Of a stretch of 64,000 nt of DNA, positions 41,789 to 54,088 are shown one piece after another (position 1 is the stretch's first letter; every line of letters begins with the position of its first letter). The position numbers and the translations under genes were made by a program. The stretch covers positions 1 through 64,000 of the forward strand of contig DF237291.1 in NCBI GenBank assembly GCA_000708835.1. The letters are read 5' to 3'. The notes under the pieces were generated by a model that was not told the DNA's origin, made no database searches, and worked only from the letters and a program-made list of their open reading frames with translations. Source of the stretch: Klebsormidium nitens (taxonomy: Eukaryota > Plantae > Klebsormidiophyceae).

Positions 41789-44630
41789 ATGGATCCTTCC
41801 GCGCCGAACAACAGCTCCAGGAATGCAACTTCAAGCAGGTACTGAACCACAGCTTATATTTAAGAGGTAACGTGCTGGGCCATAGCATTGGTGTTTTGCA
41901 TGGAAGCGATGCATTAATATGTCATTCTCAGGCTCTTACGAGTGGCGCAATGCTGCTAATGTTTGGGTGCTTGCAGATTGCAATGCGTGCGCGAAGACCA
42001 GGTTCGACTGCCCAGTCTATCTTCATCCCAGGCAATGTTTGAACAACAGCTGTCTGAACGCTTGTCATTCTTTTGATGATGCAGCGCTTCTTCTTCTTAT
42101 TCTTCACCCCTGCGGCCCACCATGGGTGAATCGAACAAGGGCAACAGCTGCATGGATGAGGCCACCCCACAGATGCAAGGCTGTCCCACTTTCCGGCCTC
42201 TGCCAAGCTCCCTTGTCCGAGACATAGCAGAGTGGCGTCCAGAGGGGCTGAAGCAAGTGAAGGCACCCCTTGTTGAAACAGGGGATGTTGAGGATGATCG
42301 ATCCTCGGGGGTCCTTTCCTGGGCACACTCTGCCAGGGTACGGCTGTCAGACTCGTCGCAGACCGTGGCTGCAGGCGTTGCCAGCACCTCAGGACGCCCC
42401 TTTGAGCAGACCAGCTTCGCCTCCGCATCCCTGACACCTGTCCCAGACGAACCCAGTGCCTCTGAATCACAATACAGTGCCAGCTGGGCGGACATTGACA
42501 GCTGGCGCCCCTCGGGTCTCTCCCCACTGAAGGCCCTTCGCCCCGCAGTTCCCCCCCCAGCTGTTGAGATCCTTTGCAGGCAGCCTGTGTCTGCCCCCCG
42601 CGAGTTGCCCCTGGACCTGGTAGAGGCCATTGCCTCCTTCCGGCCTTTTGGCCTGGCCCCCATCCGTGTGCAGGCACGTGATGATGACAGTGAAGCGGAC
42701 TCCAGCAGCAGTGCCGGCGGGACCCCTCAGGCGCCCCATGCCAATGACAGAGCCCCCACCACAGCATTTGAGGTTGAGAGGCAAGCTGCAGACTGGCGGC
42801 CAGCTGGCTTGAAGCCCATTCGCATCAGGCGGGCAGCCATAGATGAAAGCCAGAACACCCCCACTGCACCCAAAGCTGCGGGCGCCAGCCTCCGCTGCGT
42901 CTTTGGGTCTCCAGAAATGGACAGCCCGCGTGCCCCCCCCACACCGAACGAAGCAGACAACAGCCTATCGCCCACGGTCATCCCGGACCTGACTGCCTGG
43001 CGGCCGGGCCTCTCCCCCCTGCGCATGTCCAGCCCGCCCCAGCCAGGCAGCGGCGAGCCCTCCCCCCGCTCGCAGGCCAGCCCGCTGCCGTCCCCGCACT
43101 CAGGCTCTCCTCGCCCGCGCTCGCGCGACACCGTTCGCCTGGAGCGCGACCTGGGGCCCCTCCCCGCACTGCTGGCGGAGGGCAAGCCCAGCGGCGCGGC
43201 GAGCGGGCGCAGCAGCCCAGGCACGCCGCGGTTCAAGAGCCAGGCGCAGCGCAAGGGCCTCACCATCCAGAGCCGGCTGCGCCGCGACGACGCAGACAGC
43301 AACGCGGACAGCGAGAACACGCCCCCGGGCAGCATCACTCCCAGCGTCACACCGGGGGCGTCCACGCCAAAGGCTTCCACCCCGAAGTCGCCCGGGCCGT
43401 CCCCACTGGTACCCTCCAACAGGCAAAGGGCAGCGCAGGCAGGGCGGTGGGGGGAGAAGGAGGCCAAGAAGAGCGGGGCAGAGAGCACGGCAAAGGACGA
43501 GCTTGCTAGCGCTGTGCAGGTGAGCCTCGGCTCTAGCTCTTAAAACGGCCGCACGACGACCCCTCTTTGTCATATGCCGCATGCTCTGACCAGTCTCAGA
43601 ACAGTCGTTTTGGAAAGGTTTCAGCTGCCAAATACCAGACCATCGCATCTCAGGACCAGCTGACCATATCTTTCCAAATCAAGAGTCTCGACAGTGCGGA
43701 ACAATTCCAAGCTTAAATCATCATCAATCAGCTTCGAAAGGACACTCCCTGAAAGAAAACCAGCCGAGCTTCTCACATCGGCTTCGCTTTGCGTCTTCAG
43801 CTGCTGGTTGCCCTTCCCTCGTTGGCGATGCTGGACCGTTCAAGCCTTCAGGACGTGGCGGGAGCGGCGAAGCTGCAGCGGTATGGACCGTCCGAGACCG
43901 TGGTCCACCAAGTAAGCCGTTCCTGAACCTACTAGGTAGCTTCCCAGCCTCCATCTGTGCTCGCATGTATTTAGCAAAACACAGCGTGCAGCTTTGCTGG
44001 TTGTGGAAATTCATCCAGAGTGCGACTATTCAACAAGCTGTTCCGAAGGACGTAGGACCGAGCTTATGCGCGCTGCGTCCTTTCCCTGAGACGGGCGACG
44101 TCACTTGTGCAGGGCGCTCCGGTGGACACTCTGCTCCTGGTGGTGCGCGGTACGCTGGCGGCCTGGCAGGACGGTACGGCCACGCCGCTCTTCCACCTCT
44201 CCGAGGGCGCCGCCTGCCCGCATCGCATCTCAGCGGGTGAGGCACAAGGCACACGCAACCGCTGTCTTAGTCGAAGAAACCCTCATGCTCGCGGACTGAT
44301 GATCCGTTGGGATCGCTCGACACAAGCAACACTATCCTCTGGTACAGAGATGATCTCTGCAAGCGTAGACATTTTTCCAACTGAACATTGGGACCGATTC
44401 AAAGCGCTGTGTTCCTGTGTTCTGTCCCTTACGAGTGATCCGACACTCGGTGGCCCTCTGAGTTTGCTTCGGTGTGTGCAGCATCCCTCCCCGGGTGGGC
44501 TGCCAGCATGGTGGCCGGCGAGCAGGGCGCCAGCTGCCTGCTGGTACCGCTGCACGCCATCCACAAGAGGGCCACGCCGCCCAGCGCGGGGCCGCCCGAC
44601 CAGGGCCTGGCATCGGAGAGCGTGTACTGA
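41789..44630 (+). CDS. Uncharacterised protein: long Pro/Ser-rich disordered region with WRPxGL repeats plus C-terminal degenerate cNMP-binding domain (~622 aa)
   Basis: Exons 41789-41838 (tentative), 42085-43519, 43801-43911, 44113-44236, 44482-44630, in frame with GT-AG borders. Spliced C-terminus LPSLAMLDRSSLQDVAGAAKLQRYGPSETVVHQ|GAPVDTLLLVVRGTL...ASMVAGEQGASCLLVP. Confidence 0.72.
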
Positions 44631-46132
44631 AGGAACAAGCGGCTCTCAGCTGTGGATATTAACCTTCAAGTTGATGCCAAAATCTATGTTGTTGCTGACT
44701 CGTGTTTTGGAAAATTCACAATCCGGGTCCTTCATCGAAGACGTGTGTTGGATGCAAAGAGTTTCGTCCGACCTGGTTCTAAGAAAGACAGCTTTTAAGT
44801 TGCAATTATCCGCGGTGGTGAATGAGCGTTGGGAGGACGAGTAGCTGCAGAGATTGAAGACGGGTAGACAATTTCTGACGTCGAACAAAGGCCTTGGTCG
44901 ACTGGTGCACGCGGCTGTATAATAGACTATTAGATTGAAGTTAACGTATATGTGAGACTCCGTTTAAATACACTAGCAGGTCCAATGCAAGAGCGTCTTT
45001 GACGGGCGGTGCGCATGGTCACTAATGAGGATCGATCTTCGAAAGGCAAAGATGCATGATAAGAATACCAAGCAGTTAAGAAGTCAAGTTGTCCTGATTC
45101 TCAGTGAGTCAACGGGCAATAGGTTCGTAACTTGCTTCAAGGCGTGCCCCATGGGCCCCGGCCATAATGCAGCCTGGCCCTAGATCCGCTTAAATTTATA
45201 ACCCGAGCATGCTCTAAATCGAGGGCACATGCATGTGCAATGGATTGATGTGCACATTGCAATGCCAGACCGAATCACGTACGGCCGCTCACGTGGAGTA
45301 TATATGTGAACTTGGCAACTTCAATTGACTGGCGGCCGCCCAGAATTTACAATCTTCCGGGGCATGCATGGTTTTAAGGGGACGTACCGGACTCGAACCT
45401 GATTCCTTGTGCGATATCGAATATAGTAAGTTGCAGCTGGAAGGGTTCCCATCAGGTCGATCCGACACGTACAGTCGCGCCGCCATTTTCAAGTCAGGTG
45501 CTAACACTCATAGAGTGGTGGCAGCTGGCATGATCCACCGCGTGATCGTAGATCGGACTGCAAACAATCTCCAATGCATGGCGGTCACCATATAATGAGG
45601 ATCCAGCGACAACGTACCTCTTCGTCCGCATATGTTGGATTACTTAAAAATAGCTGTAATCACTTCGCCAGAACTGATACAGTCAACAACTGGCGGAATG
45701 TTTTGTACATCGTTTTTGATGCCGACAGGCCGGCAGAAAGCTCGCTAGCTGGAAGCCGATTTTCGGCGCCCATGGCTTATTGGGCTGATCTAGGCTAAGC
45801 AGGGTTTACGTTTGACGCTTCGGACGCGCCCCACCGTCACTTCGGACTCATTGTACATAGAGTGGTCCTAGATCGACTGCGAGTCCAGGTCCCAGCTTCA
45901 GTGCTTCAGTACGTTTGAACTACGGTAAGAATTGCCTGTAGGATTTGACGACAAAAACCTGATACCTTACATTTGTAAAGGAGGCTCCTACAGCGCTGCA
46001 CATCTCCTGTACATGCCTTAAATTTGGGCAGTGGAAAAGCGGCGAGCAACTAGGCGAGCAAGCAGAAACCGTTCCCCCGCGAGGACTGGCAAAAGCCCTT
46101 TCCGAAGTACGCTTCTCTTCGGTGGGGCTGGC

Positions 46133-49100
46133 TCAGCGGATGGCCAGCTGCGTGAGGTGCGTCCATGTGGGCCGGCGGTAGCGGCGCAGCAGCAGGCTGG
46201 AGCAGACGACCGAGACGGACGAGAAGGCCATGGCGGCGCCGGCCACCCACGGCGGCAGCCGCACGCGCGCGGCCGGGTACAGCGCGCCTGCCGCGATGGG
46301 GATGCCCAGCAGGTTGTACCCGACGGCCCAGCCGTAGTTGAGCAGGATGCGCCGGAAGGTGGCGCGCGCCAGGTGGATGGCGGTGACGACGTCCTCCAGG
46401 TTGCTGCGGATGAGCACGCAGTCCGCGGCCTCGATGGCGATGTCCGTGCCCGCCCCGATGGCCAGGCCCACGTCCGCGGCCGCCAGCGCGGGGCTGTCGT
46501 TCACGCCGTCCCCGACCATGGCCACGCACGTGCCGCGCGCCTGCAGCTCGCGCACCAGGGCGGCCTTGCCCGCGGGGAGCACCTCCGCGTACACCTCGCC
46601 GATGCCCACCTGGCACGCGGGAGGAAGCGCAGAGTGAGCAAACACAGGTGCGAACATTGGCTCCTCGGAGTGGTTTTGAGGAACGGGGACGCGAATTCGA
46701 GGACCTAGCCGCCCTTGTAACAGCTTTCAAATCAGATCGTGTCTCCTCCTCTTGGCGACTCAATGAAACAGTGAAAAGGTAGGTGGCCGTACGAATTGAA
46801 CAAAGACGCCTTCTTAGATCTACCAAAATCAGTCCTGATTCCAACGTCAAGCGCTAGTCGCGCACCTCGTGTGCGATGCCCCGAGCGGTGCTCCAGTTGT
46901 CGCCCGTCATCATGACGCTGCGGATGCCCATGCTGCGCAGCGCCGCCACCACTGCGGCCGCCTCCGGCTTCACCGGGTCCGACACGGCCAGCCCCGCCGC
47001 GAGCTGCCCGTCCACCGCCACCAGCAGCCCCGTGCGCGCCGCGAGCTCGCCCGCCGCCAAAAACTCCTCCGCGCCCAGGCCGATCCGCACGCCACGCGCG
47101 TCCATGAGCCGGCGGTTGCCCACCAGCACCTCGCGCCCCTTGACGCGCCCGCGCACGCCCTGCCCCACGATCGCCTCGAACTCGTCCGCGCGCTGCATCC
47201 AGCTCGTGTCCGTCACGCCCGACGACGACAAAGCGGGCGGCAGCGCCGGGCCGCTCGCCGTGTAGCGCGCGTGCGAGAGAATGGCTGTTGCGAGGGGGTG
47301 CTCGCTGTGCGCTTCCACCGCGGCCGCCAGCGGCAGCACGTCCGACAGGCGGTGCAGGCCGAACTCGCGGGAGGCGGTCACGGTGGGACGGCCCACGGTC
47401 AAAGTGCCCGTCTTGTCGAACACCACGCAGCGCACCTGCAAAAAGGGAAAGGACGGCGTTATAGATGTTTCGAGGGCCGGGGGAGGACGGCAGAGATTGA
47501 CAAGCGCCGTATTAAGGAGGGCAAACTGAGGAAGTCCGCGGAGCTGTGCCCAAAGCCACAAGCAAGTCGATCACGGAACCTCCTGACACCTCCATCTTTG
47601 AGCCTTGGCTCGCAGAAGCAGGAAAACATCTCGATGTCGCAGCATGGCGCCAGACAACATGCAAGGCATTACTATATGAACTTTCTTGAGTGCATGTGTC
47701 CTCAAAAGTAGCCAGGTGCCCCGTTTTCGTACGCAAGTGTCGGGCCAGCTGGGGCTTACGTTGTGCGCCTTCTCGAGCGCCTCCCCGCCCTTGATCAGTA
47801 TGCCATTGGTTGCGCCGATCCCCGTGGCGACCATGACGGCGGTGGGCGTGGCCAGCCCCAGCGCGCACGGGCACGCGATGACCAGCACCGAGATGCCGAA
47901 GAGGAACGCGAGCAGAAAGTGGTCCGTGGAGGCCGGCAGCCACGCCGCGGGGTAGCCGCCCGTCACGCCCGCCACGTACCAGCCCAGCCACGTCAGCACG
48001 GCCGCCAGCACGACGAGGGGCACGAAGATGGCGGACACGCGGTCCGCAAACTTCTGGATGGGCGCCTTGCTCAGCTGCGCAGCGGTGACCAGGCGCACAA
48101 TCTGGGGAGGGGGGGGAGACGGCAGTGTCTTTCACTTGTGCCGACCGCTTCACATCAACACAGGCTTGGCTGCTTAGGCAATCACGTATGTCAGCTTTTT
48201 CCTGGACGAGGAAAAGTGTTTTGACGCGACAATTTCTTGTGTTCATCCTGCTATTATGCACGTGCCAGCAAGCTCGATGCACAGGTGACCTAGGCGTCCG
48301 TGTGTGTCAGCCCGGCCGCTTCCCCGCCCTCCCTTGCTGCCGTGGCCTAGTGCCTCACCTGCGCCAGCGCCGTGTCCCCCCCCACATGCACCGCGCGCAC
48401 GTGCAGCGCGCCATGCGTGTTGAGGGTACCCGTGATGACGTTGTCGCCCACGTGCTTGGACACCGGCCGCGCCTCGCCCGTAACCATGCTTTCGTTCACG
48501 TGACTACTCCCCCACTTGACCACGCCGTCAGCAGGAATCTGCAGAATAGAAACTTTAGCTCGAAGGTTGGGCTTGGCACTTGGGGTACTTTATATGTTCG
48601 ATGAGAAGCGGGCTCAACAGCGCCTCATCAAGAGGTGTCCATCGTGTGAGCTTTTGCGTTTCTAGCGGGGCAGCATATCAGTATAATCAGGCATAGCGAC
48701 AGGACCACTTTGGAAGCCGAAATGATTGATCTTACCTCCCTTATGACACGTCGTGAAAGTGCCCTGCGAAGAATTGCCTCAAATTGAACGGCAAGAAGGT
48801 TCCCTCAAGATAATCACTCAGTCATGAACCCGATGTCCGCACGTTATGTTTCTGACTACTTGCTAAAGGAGAAAACAAAAGTCGAACCACCCGTCCAGCC
48901 TGGTTCATCGTGTGGGATTTGGATCTCAACCTCTCGTGCGCACCCGTGCGTGCTCACCTTGGCCCCTGGCGGCACCTTGAGCGTGTCCCCCCGTTGGATG
49001 AGGAAGGCCTCGATCTCCTGCTCGCTCACCCCGCGGCCGTTCGCGTCCAGCGTCAGCAGCGTGGCCGTCGACGGGGCCAGCCGCAGCAGCGCGCTGATGG

Positions 49101-52100
49101 CGGACCCCGTCCGGCCTGGACACACAAGCAGACGGCGGCAGACATCATCGCAGGAAGAAGCGAAGTCCGCAACAGTCCGCAAAAGTCCGCAGACAACTGT
49201 TTGACGGTGGCACAGGAGCGTGAAAGCCTTCTGGACGTCCGAAACAAAAAACTGCCTTTTTAAACTTCGGGCTCTTGCCGGGCCGCTGGTAATCTAAACC
49301 CTGCCCATGAAGACTGCCCGTATGTCAGCATAGGTAGTCCGCATGTTAAGTCCGCATGTTAAAAAAAGGCACAGCTGCAGATGGGTTTCCGCTAATGATG
49401 TCGGAACTTTCCAACATCACATACACCCTCGATCTGATGTTGGATATTTCCATCATCATTTAGAGCCAAAGCGTTGAGGTTGTGAGTTTCCTACTTCGCA
49501 CTATATTGTTGATTGTAATGTTGGAACTTTCCAACATCACATACAACCAGATTTCTCATGTTGGAACTTTCCAACATCACATACACTCTCAATCTGATGT
49601 TGGATGTTTTAACATAAAATTAATGGTTCACAGTCATGTCAAGGAAATATCCAACTTCAAAAAGCATCCATCCACATTTGATGTTGGAATTTTCCAACAT
49701 CAAGTACAGCCGAAGAATCCACTTATGTTGGAACTTTCCAACTGAGTTTTTGAGGCAACCCGGTGAATTTAGAATTTCCCAATTCTACAAAGTATCTAGC
49801 TAGACGTAATGTTGGAAGTCCCAACCTCATTTAAAGCCAAAGCAAACTCCATCTTCATCAAATGTCCAGCCGAATCTGATGTTGAAACTATCCAACATCA
49901 CGTACACCCTCAATTGCTCACCAAAAGCTTGTGTTCACGGTGAGGTTGAGATTTTCAACTTCAAAAAATATCCAGCCGCAACTGATTTTGGGGCTTTCCA
50001 ACATCACATACAGCCAGATAATCTGAAGTTGGAACTTTCCAACTTCACTTAGATCCAAATTGGTGAATCTCAAAGTTTCCAACTCCACAAAGTATCTAGC
50101 TAGATGTACTGTTGGACAATTGCAACCTCATTTAAGCCAACGCAGTTTCCATCTTCCCGGTGATTATAGCACCGAACAGCAAGTCAATACTAGCTAAAAT
50201 CAGCGATCAGAGGCTCCAGAGTCGTGCAAAACACTACGATCTTTTGCCAGAGTCGCTTCTTAAGACACCCTATGACAATCTCCATGCAATCAAGCACCGA
50301 GCACCACCAACTGGTTAAGAGAATGGCCAACGCTCAGGATCCTGGTCTTTTCAGGAACCGCTGCCGCTGGCTCGGCTGGTTGTGTGGTGCGCGCTCACCC
50401 TTGGCGAGCACCTCGAGGTACTTGCCGAGCAGGATGAAGGTGATGAGCATGGCGGCCGTCTCAAAGAAGTCGGACGCGTGGAACGACGGCCGCACCGCCG
50501 CGTACACCAGGCTCCCCACGCTGTACCAGTAGGCCGCGTTGGTGCCCAGCACGATCAGCACGTCCATGTTGGCGCGCCCGTGCCGCAGGCTGCGCCACGC
50601 GCCGCGGTGGAAGCGCCACCCGATGCCGTACTCGACGGGGGTCGTGAAAGCCCAGCGCAGCCAGTCCCCCACCGTGAAGGCCCACACGCGCGTGCGCAGG
50701 GCGGCGTCCACCGCCGGGATGCGCGGCAGCACCATGGCCAGCAAGAACACCGGCACCGTGAGCGCGAGGCTCGCCAGGAACAGCCGCCGGTGCTTCATGA
50801 TCTCCGCGGCGCGGTCCACGCCCTGCCCCTGCGCGGGGTTGTGCAGTGCCACGCGGAACTGGCCTGGCCCCTGCTCGCCAGCGCCCTTCACTGCCTCAAA
50901 GATGGTGCGCAGCCCCGTGCGGTCGGGGTCAAACACGACCGCCACCCGGTCGCCGGCCTCGGGGTGCACGCACGCCTCGCGGATGCCGGGGCTGGCCAGC
51001 AGGGTGCGCACCACGGCGGCACGGTCGGCGTCCGAGTCCATGCCAGCAACGGAGAGGGTGACCTTGTCCTTCTGACCCGTGTCCAGTACAGCCGCCTCGT
51101 ACCCGGCGTCTTCCACCGCCTGGATCAGCGCCCGCTCACTCACCACCCTGCGGCAGAAGGAGGCAGTGAGGACCAGGGCATAAGACCCCTGAGACGGGTA
51201 CACGGTGTGATGGTGCACTTCATGGACAGTGTTGTGGCTCTCAGAAAGGGGGCCCGAGGACAGGCGCATAAGTAGTCAACAGGTTTTATCGAAGATAAGG
51301 CAGCGCTTGGGGAGTTGGCTTCAGAACCGTGGCAATGCTGTGGCCCAAGCATTGTGTGGCCAGCCGCACAGGCAGGGCGAGCAGCCCACCTGGAGTCATA
51401 CTCGACCTCTGCCTCCGCTGTGGCCAGCGCCACCACCGCTTTGCGCACTCCGCGCACCCCCGCCAGCGCGTGCTCCACCGCTCCCACGCACGTGGAGCAG
51501 GTCATGCCCTGCACCCGCAAGCGGGCCAGCACCACGCGGAAGCTGCGCCCTGCGTCCAGCTCTTGGACGTGCGCCTCGTAGCCCATGTCGTCCAGGGTCT
51601 CCACCAGATCCTCCTCCTGCAATGTGGAGCTCACCGTTTTGTTGCGACTGGAACGTGTTGGGTGCGAGGATACTGACGTGATACGAGTGAGCACGAGAGT
51701 TGTCCCAATGGGAGAAAGGGTAGCCACACTTATTTCACAATACAAGGTACTGACACAGTCACTTGATGTCTTTCTAGTACTAGCGCCTTGGGAAAGAAGC
51801 TTCTTTCAATGAGTAATATGAGGGACGCGAGGTGCTTTTGCTGTGATTGGAAGGAGTGATTTAGACCTGATTTGCCTAAAGCATCTTAGCTGATTCAAAC
51901 AGTGGGGTGCAAAAACGGTGATCAAGATGCACCACACACTACGTGCCTTTCCAACTCGACCTCTTTTGCAACAGCTCAAGATGCAGTTGACGGCTGCGTG
52001 CCCCGTACCATGACGATGTTTGCATCAAAGACCACCTCCGCCAGGTTCTGCATCAGCGACACCGACGCCGCCTCCACCCCCTCCACCTGCCGCAGCACTT

Positions 52101-52338
52101 TTTCCACGCTGGACGAGCACGCGGCGCACGTCATGCCGGACACGCTCAGGTACCGCGTCACCAGATCTTTGCTGGCGCTGCCGCTAGGGCCCTCATAAGG
52201 GCGCGTGCCCGCACTCGGCGATCGACCACTACCCAAATGCTGCTCGTTGGGACGTTGCGTGATTACAGACTGTATTTCGATGTTGGGGAGCAAGTGGTGG
52301 CCAGACGGAATGCGGTGCAACTCCAGCAATTGCTCCAT
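46133..52338 (-). CDS. HMA5: P1B-1 copper-transporting ATPase, HMA5-like (~1010 aa, 8 exons)
   Basis: Exons 52338-52009, 51616-51390, 51147-50399, 49115-48958, 48538-48359, 48101-47760, 47435-46866, 46609-46133. Metal-binding domains GMTCAAC and GMTCSTC plus a degenerate third (GMDSDAD). Also [49 protein letters not shown]. Start codon tentative. Confidence 0.94.
49393..50157. repeat. AT-rich array of palindromic 24-bp units (consensus TGATGTTGGAACTTTCCAACATCA) in HMA5 intron 3
   Basis: About 17 recognisable units at roughly 40-44 bp spacing. Near-consensus copies at about 49396, 49516, 49556, 49679, 49877, 50024. Higher-order duplication of exactly 300 bp (CAAAGTATCTAGCTAGA at 49788 and 50088). 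Confidence 0.9.
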
Positions 52339-52914
52339 ACTTGTCAGGCGTCAAATCGGACCACACGGTGTGTTCCGTGTTGTTTAGAAGTCCGGCCTCC
52401 TTGAGGCCAGTCCGATGCAATATGCGGCTCATGTATGAGAGACTTCTCCGTGTCCACCAAGCACGCCCAGGTGTTGCAGGAATTCTGCTACCGTATCTAC
52501 CGTTCCTAAGACTTGAGTAGCAGAAGTCTGCAAAAATAGCTGAACCAGGCCGCCGAGCTGCCCGCTGCGGACGCCGTCTGCATGCTGCACCTGCAGGCCT
52601 GCATTCTGAGGGGGTCCCCCTTGAATAGGTATATTGCTCGAGCATTGCACTGGGCGCGGACTCTGGTCACCGGTGGACTCCGGGGCGGACGAACTCGCAT
52701 GCAATAGACTTAAACTAGCGGGGCATATGCCACGACATGGCGGCACGCAGCGTGCGCGTGACATGTGGCACCAAACGCCAAGCCTACAGCAGGTCGAACG
52801 GTCTACATTGCATCCAAGATTTTAATCGACGGCGAAATGGCTTCTGGACGTTTCACAGAAGTCCAAGCGATTCAAACATGGTGAGAAGTTGAGAACCTTC
52901 CGACAAGTTACGAT

Positions 52915-52982
52915 ACTACGGTACAACGGTACTACGGTACAGTCTACGATCTGGGTATGGTGTACCTACTACGGTAGTACTG
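52915..52982. promoter_or_regulatory. GTAC cluster (5 copies in 60 bp) between HMA5 and UTR2
   Basis: GTAC at 52921, 52929, 52937, 52962, 52977, the first three as tandem (T/A)ACGGTAC. Confidence 0.45.
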
Positions 52983-54088
52983 TCCAAGGCGGCAAGCCTC
53001 AAGGCCTGATGGACTCCCCCGAAAATTGGGGACCGGCCCAGCGGGGCGCTAGTCTCGCCAGGCGCTTCAATCGGTAACGTCCATGTAGTCCATCGGACGG
53101 ACCTGCAATGTTCCGAAGACTCCGCCACAAATCAGCTTGCGCCATCTTGTTTTGCGCGCCGCGGAAATACAGCGCACCGCCCTAGCTGGCCCCCCCTGCA
53201 TGGCCCCTGGGCCTATCCCCGGACCGGGCCCCAAATTCCAGAACAGAGTCGGTCGCAATTCTGAATCTACCCAGGTCCTACCTTGATTTGACAAATCCCG
53301 GCCAGTTTCGTTGTGGATAGTGCAGTCGTTGGTGGTCGCCCTGTTCGCATCGTCTAGTCTTGAAAAGACCGAATTGCCACCTACCGTACCCAGCTACGGT
53401 ACATTCAAAGGCTGGAACAGCAGCTTGTCTTCTCGCCAGTGCTTGTTGCCTACTTTTCAAGTTTTGCCTTACATAATACAAGTTGCTTTTCCGAGGTTCT
53501 TCTCCAAAACCAATCCGTTGGAAAAAGAGACAAGTAGGGGGTGCGAAGTTGCTTCGTGCCTGGGTATTGTCCTCTGTACTAGTCGTTGTTGTGCGTTGGC
53601 CCAGTAAATTGTGGAGCGGTGTCTGTAGCTGACAGATCTTAGCATCTTGAATCTCTCGGGTTTGTTAGAGTTAAAGCGAAGAGCGCTCCTTATCGATCAG
53701 GGAATTAGATCTGGAGCATTTGTGGACGACATTGGGAGAAGGGTCTTTAGACCCCGCTTGACATCTGTGCCATCCTCTTGGAAGTGTTTGTCAGAGATCT
53801 CAGGTACTTGCCGTTTGTCTCCTGTCACATCTTATGGATGAGATCCGTAGTGCTTAATATATTGCCTGTGTTCTGGTTTTGCACAGCGGCCTTAAAAACA
53901 TGCCTTATATGAGTTATCCCAATTGTAGATCTGATTTGAACATAGTGAACAGAGTGCTAGTTGGTTTACTGTCAGTGCAAGTGGGGACGCTCTCATTGGT
54001 TTGGTGGTTTGTGCAGGTAACTTGAAGCCTCTTGCCACCCTTGTCCACCCTTTGATCAGTCAGGGGAGATCAGGGCTCCCCGTGGACA

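Noticed and set aside
42097-43648. Several long minus-strand ORFs
   Set aside because: Shadows of the Pro/Ser-rich plus-strand exon, with no splice-consistent model.
45224-45265. Short palindromes GCACATGCATGTGC and TGCAATG...CATTGCA
   Set aside because: Isolated, in a probable 3' UTR/terminator interval, with no further support.
45380-45460. GGTTCGAGTCC T-loop-like motif on the minus strand
   Set aside because: The T-stem has mismatches, and no acceptor or D arm can be built, so it is not a tRNA.
49393-50157. CRISPR array interpretation of the palindromic repeats
   Set aside because: The linkers are short, homologous to each other and duplicated at 300 bp. The repeats are degenerate throughout, there are no cas genes, and the locus is a eukaryotic intron.
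51030-51070. Third HMA5 metal-binding domain lacking CxxC (GMDSDAD)
   Set aside because: A degenerate third domain is normal for plant HMA5/RAN1-type pumps.
46031-51275. Plus-strand ORFs of 150-300 aa over HMA5 (and similar over ABCC at 58679-61735)
   Set aside because: Produced by the GC3 bias of the real minus-strand exons.
52723-52730. P1BS-like GCATATGC upstream of HMA5
   Set aside because: A single degenerate 8-mer is expected by chance. I saw none upstream of the phosphatase, where it would matter.
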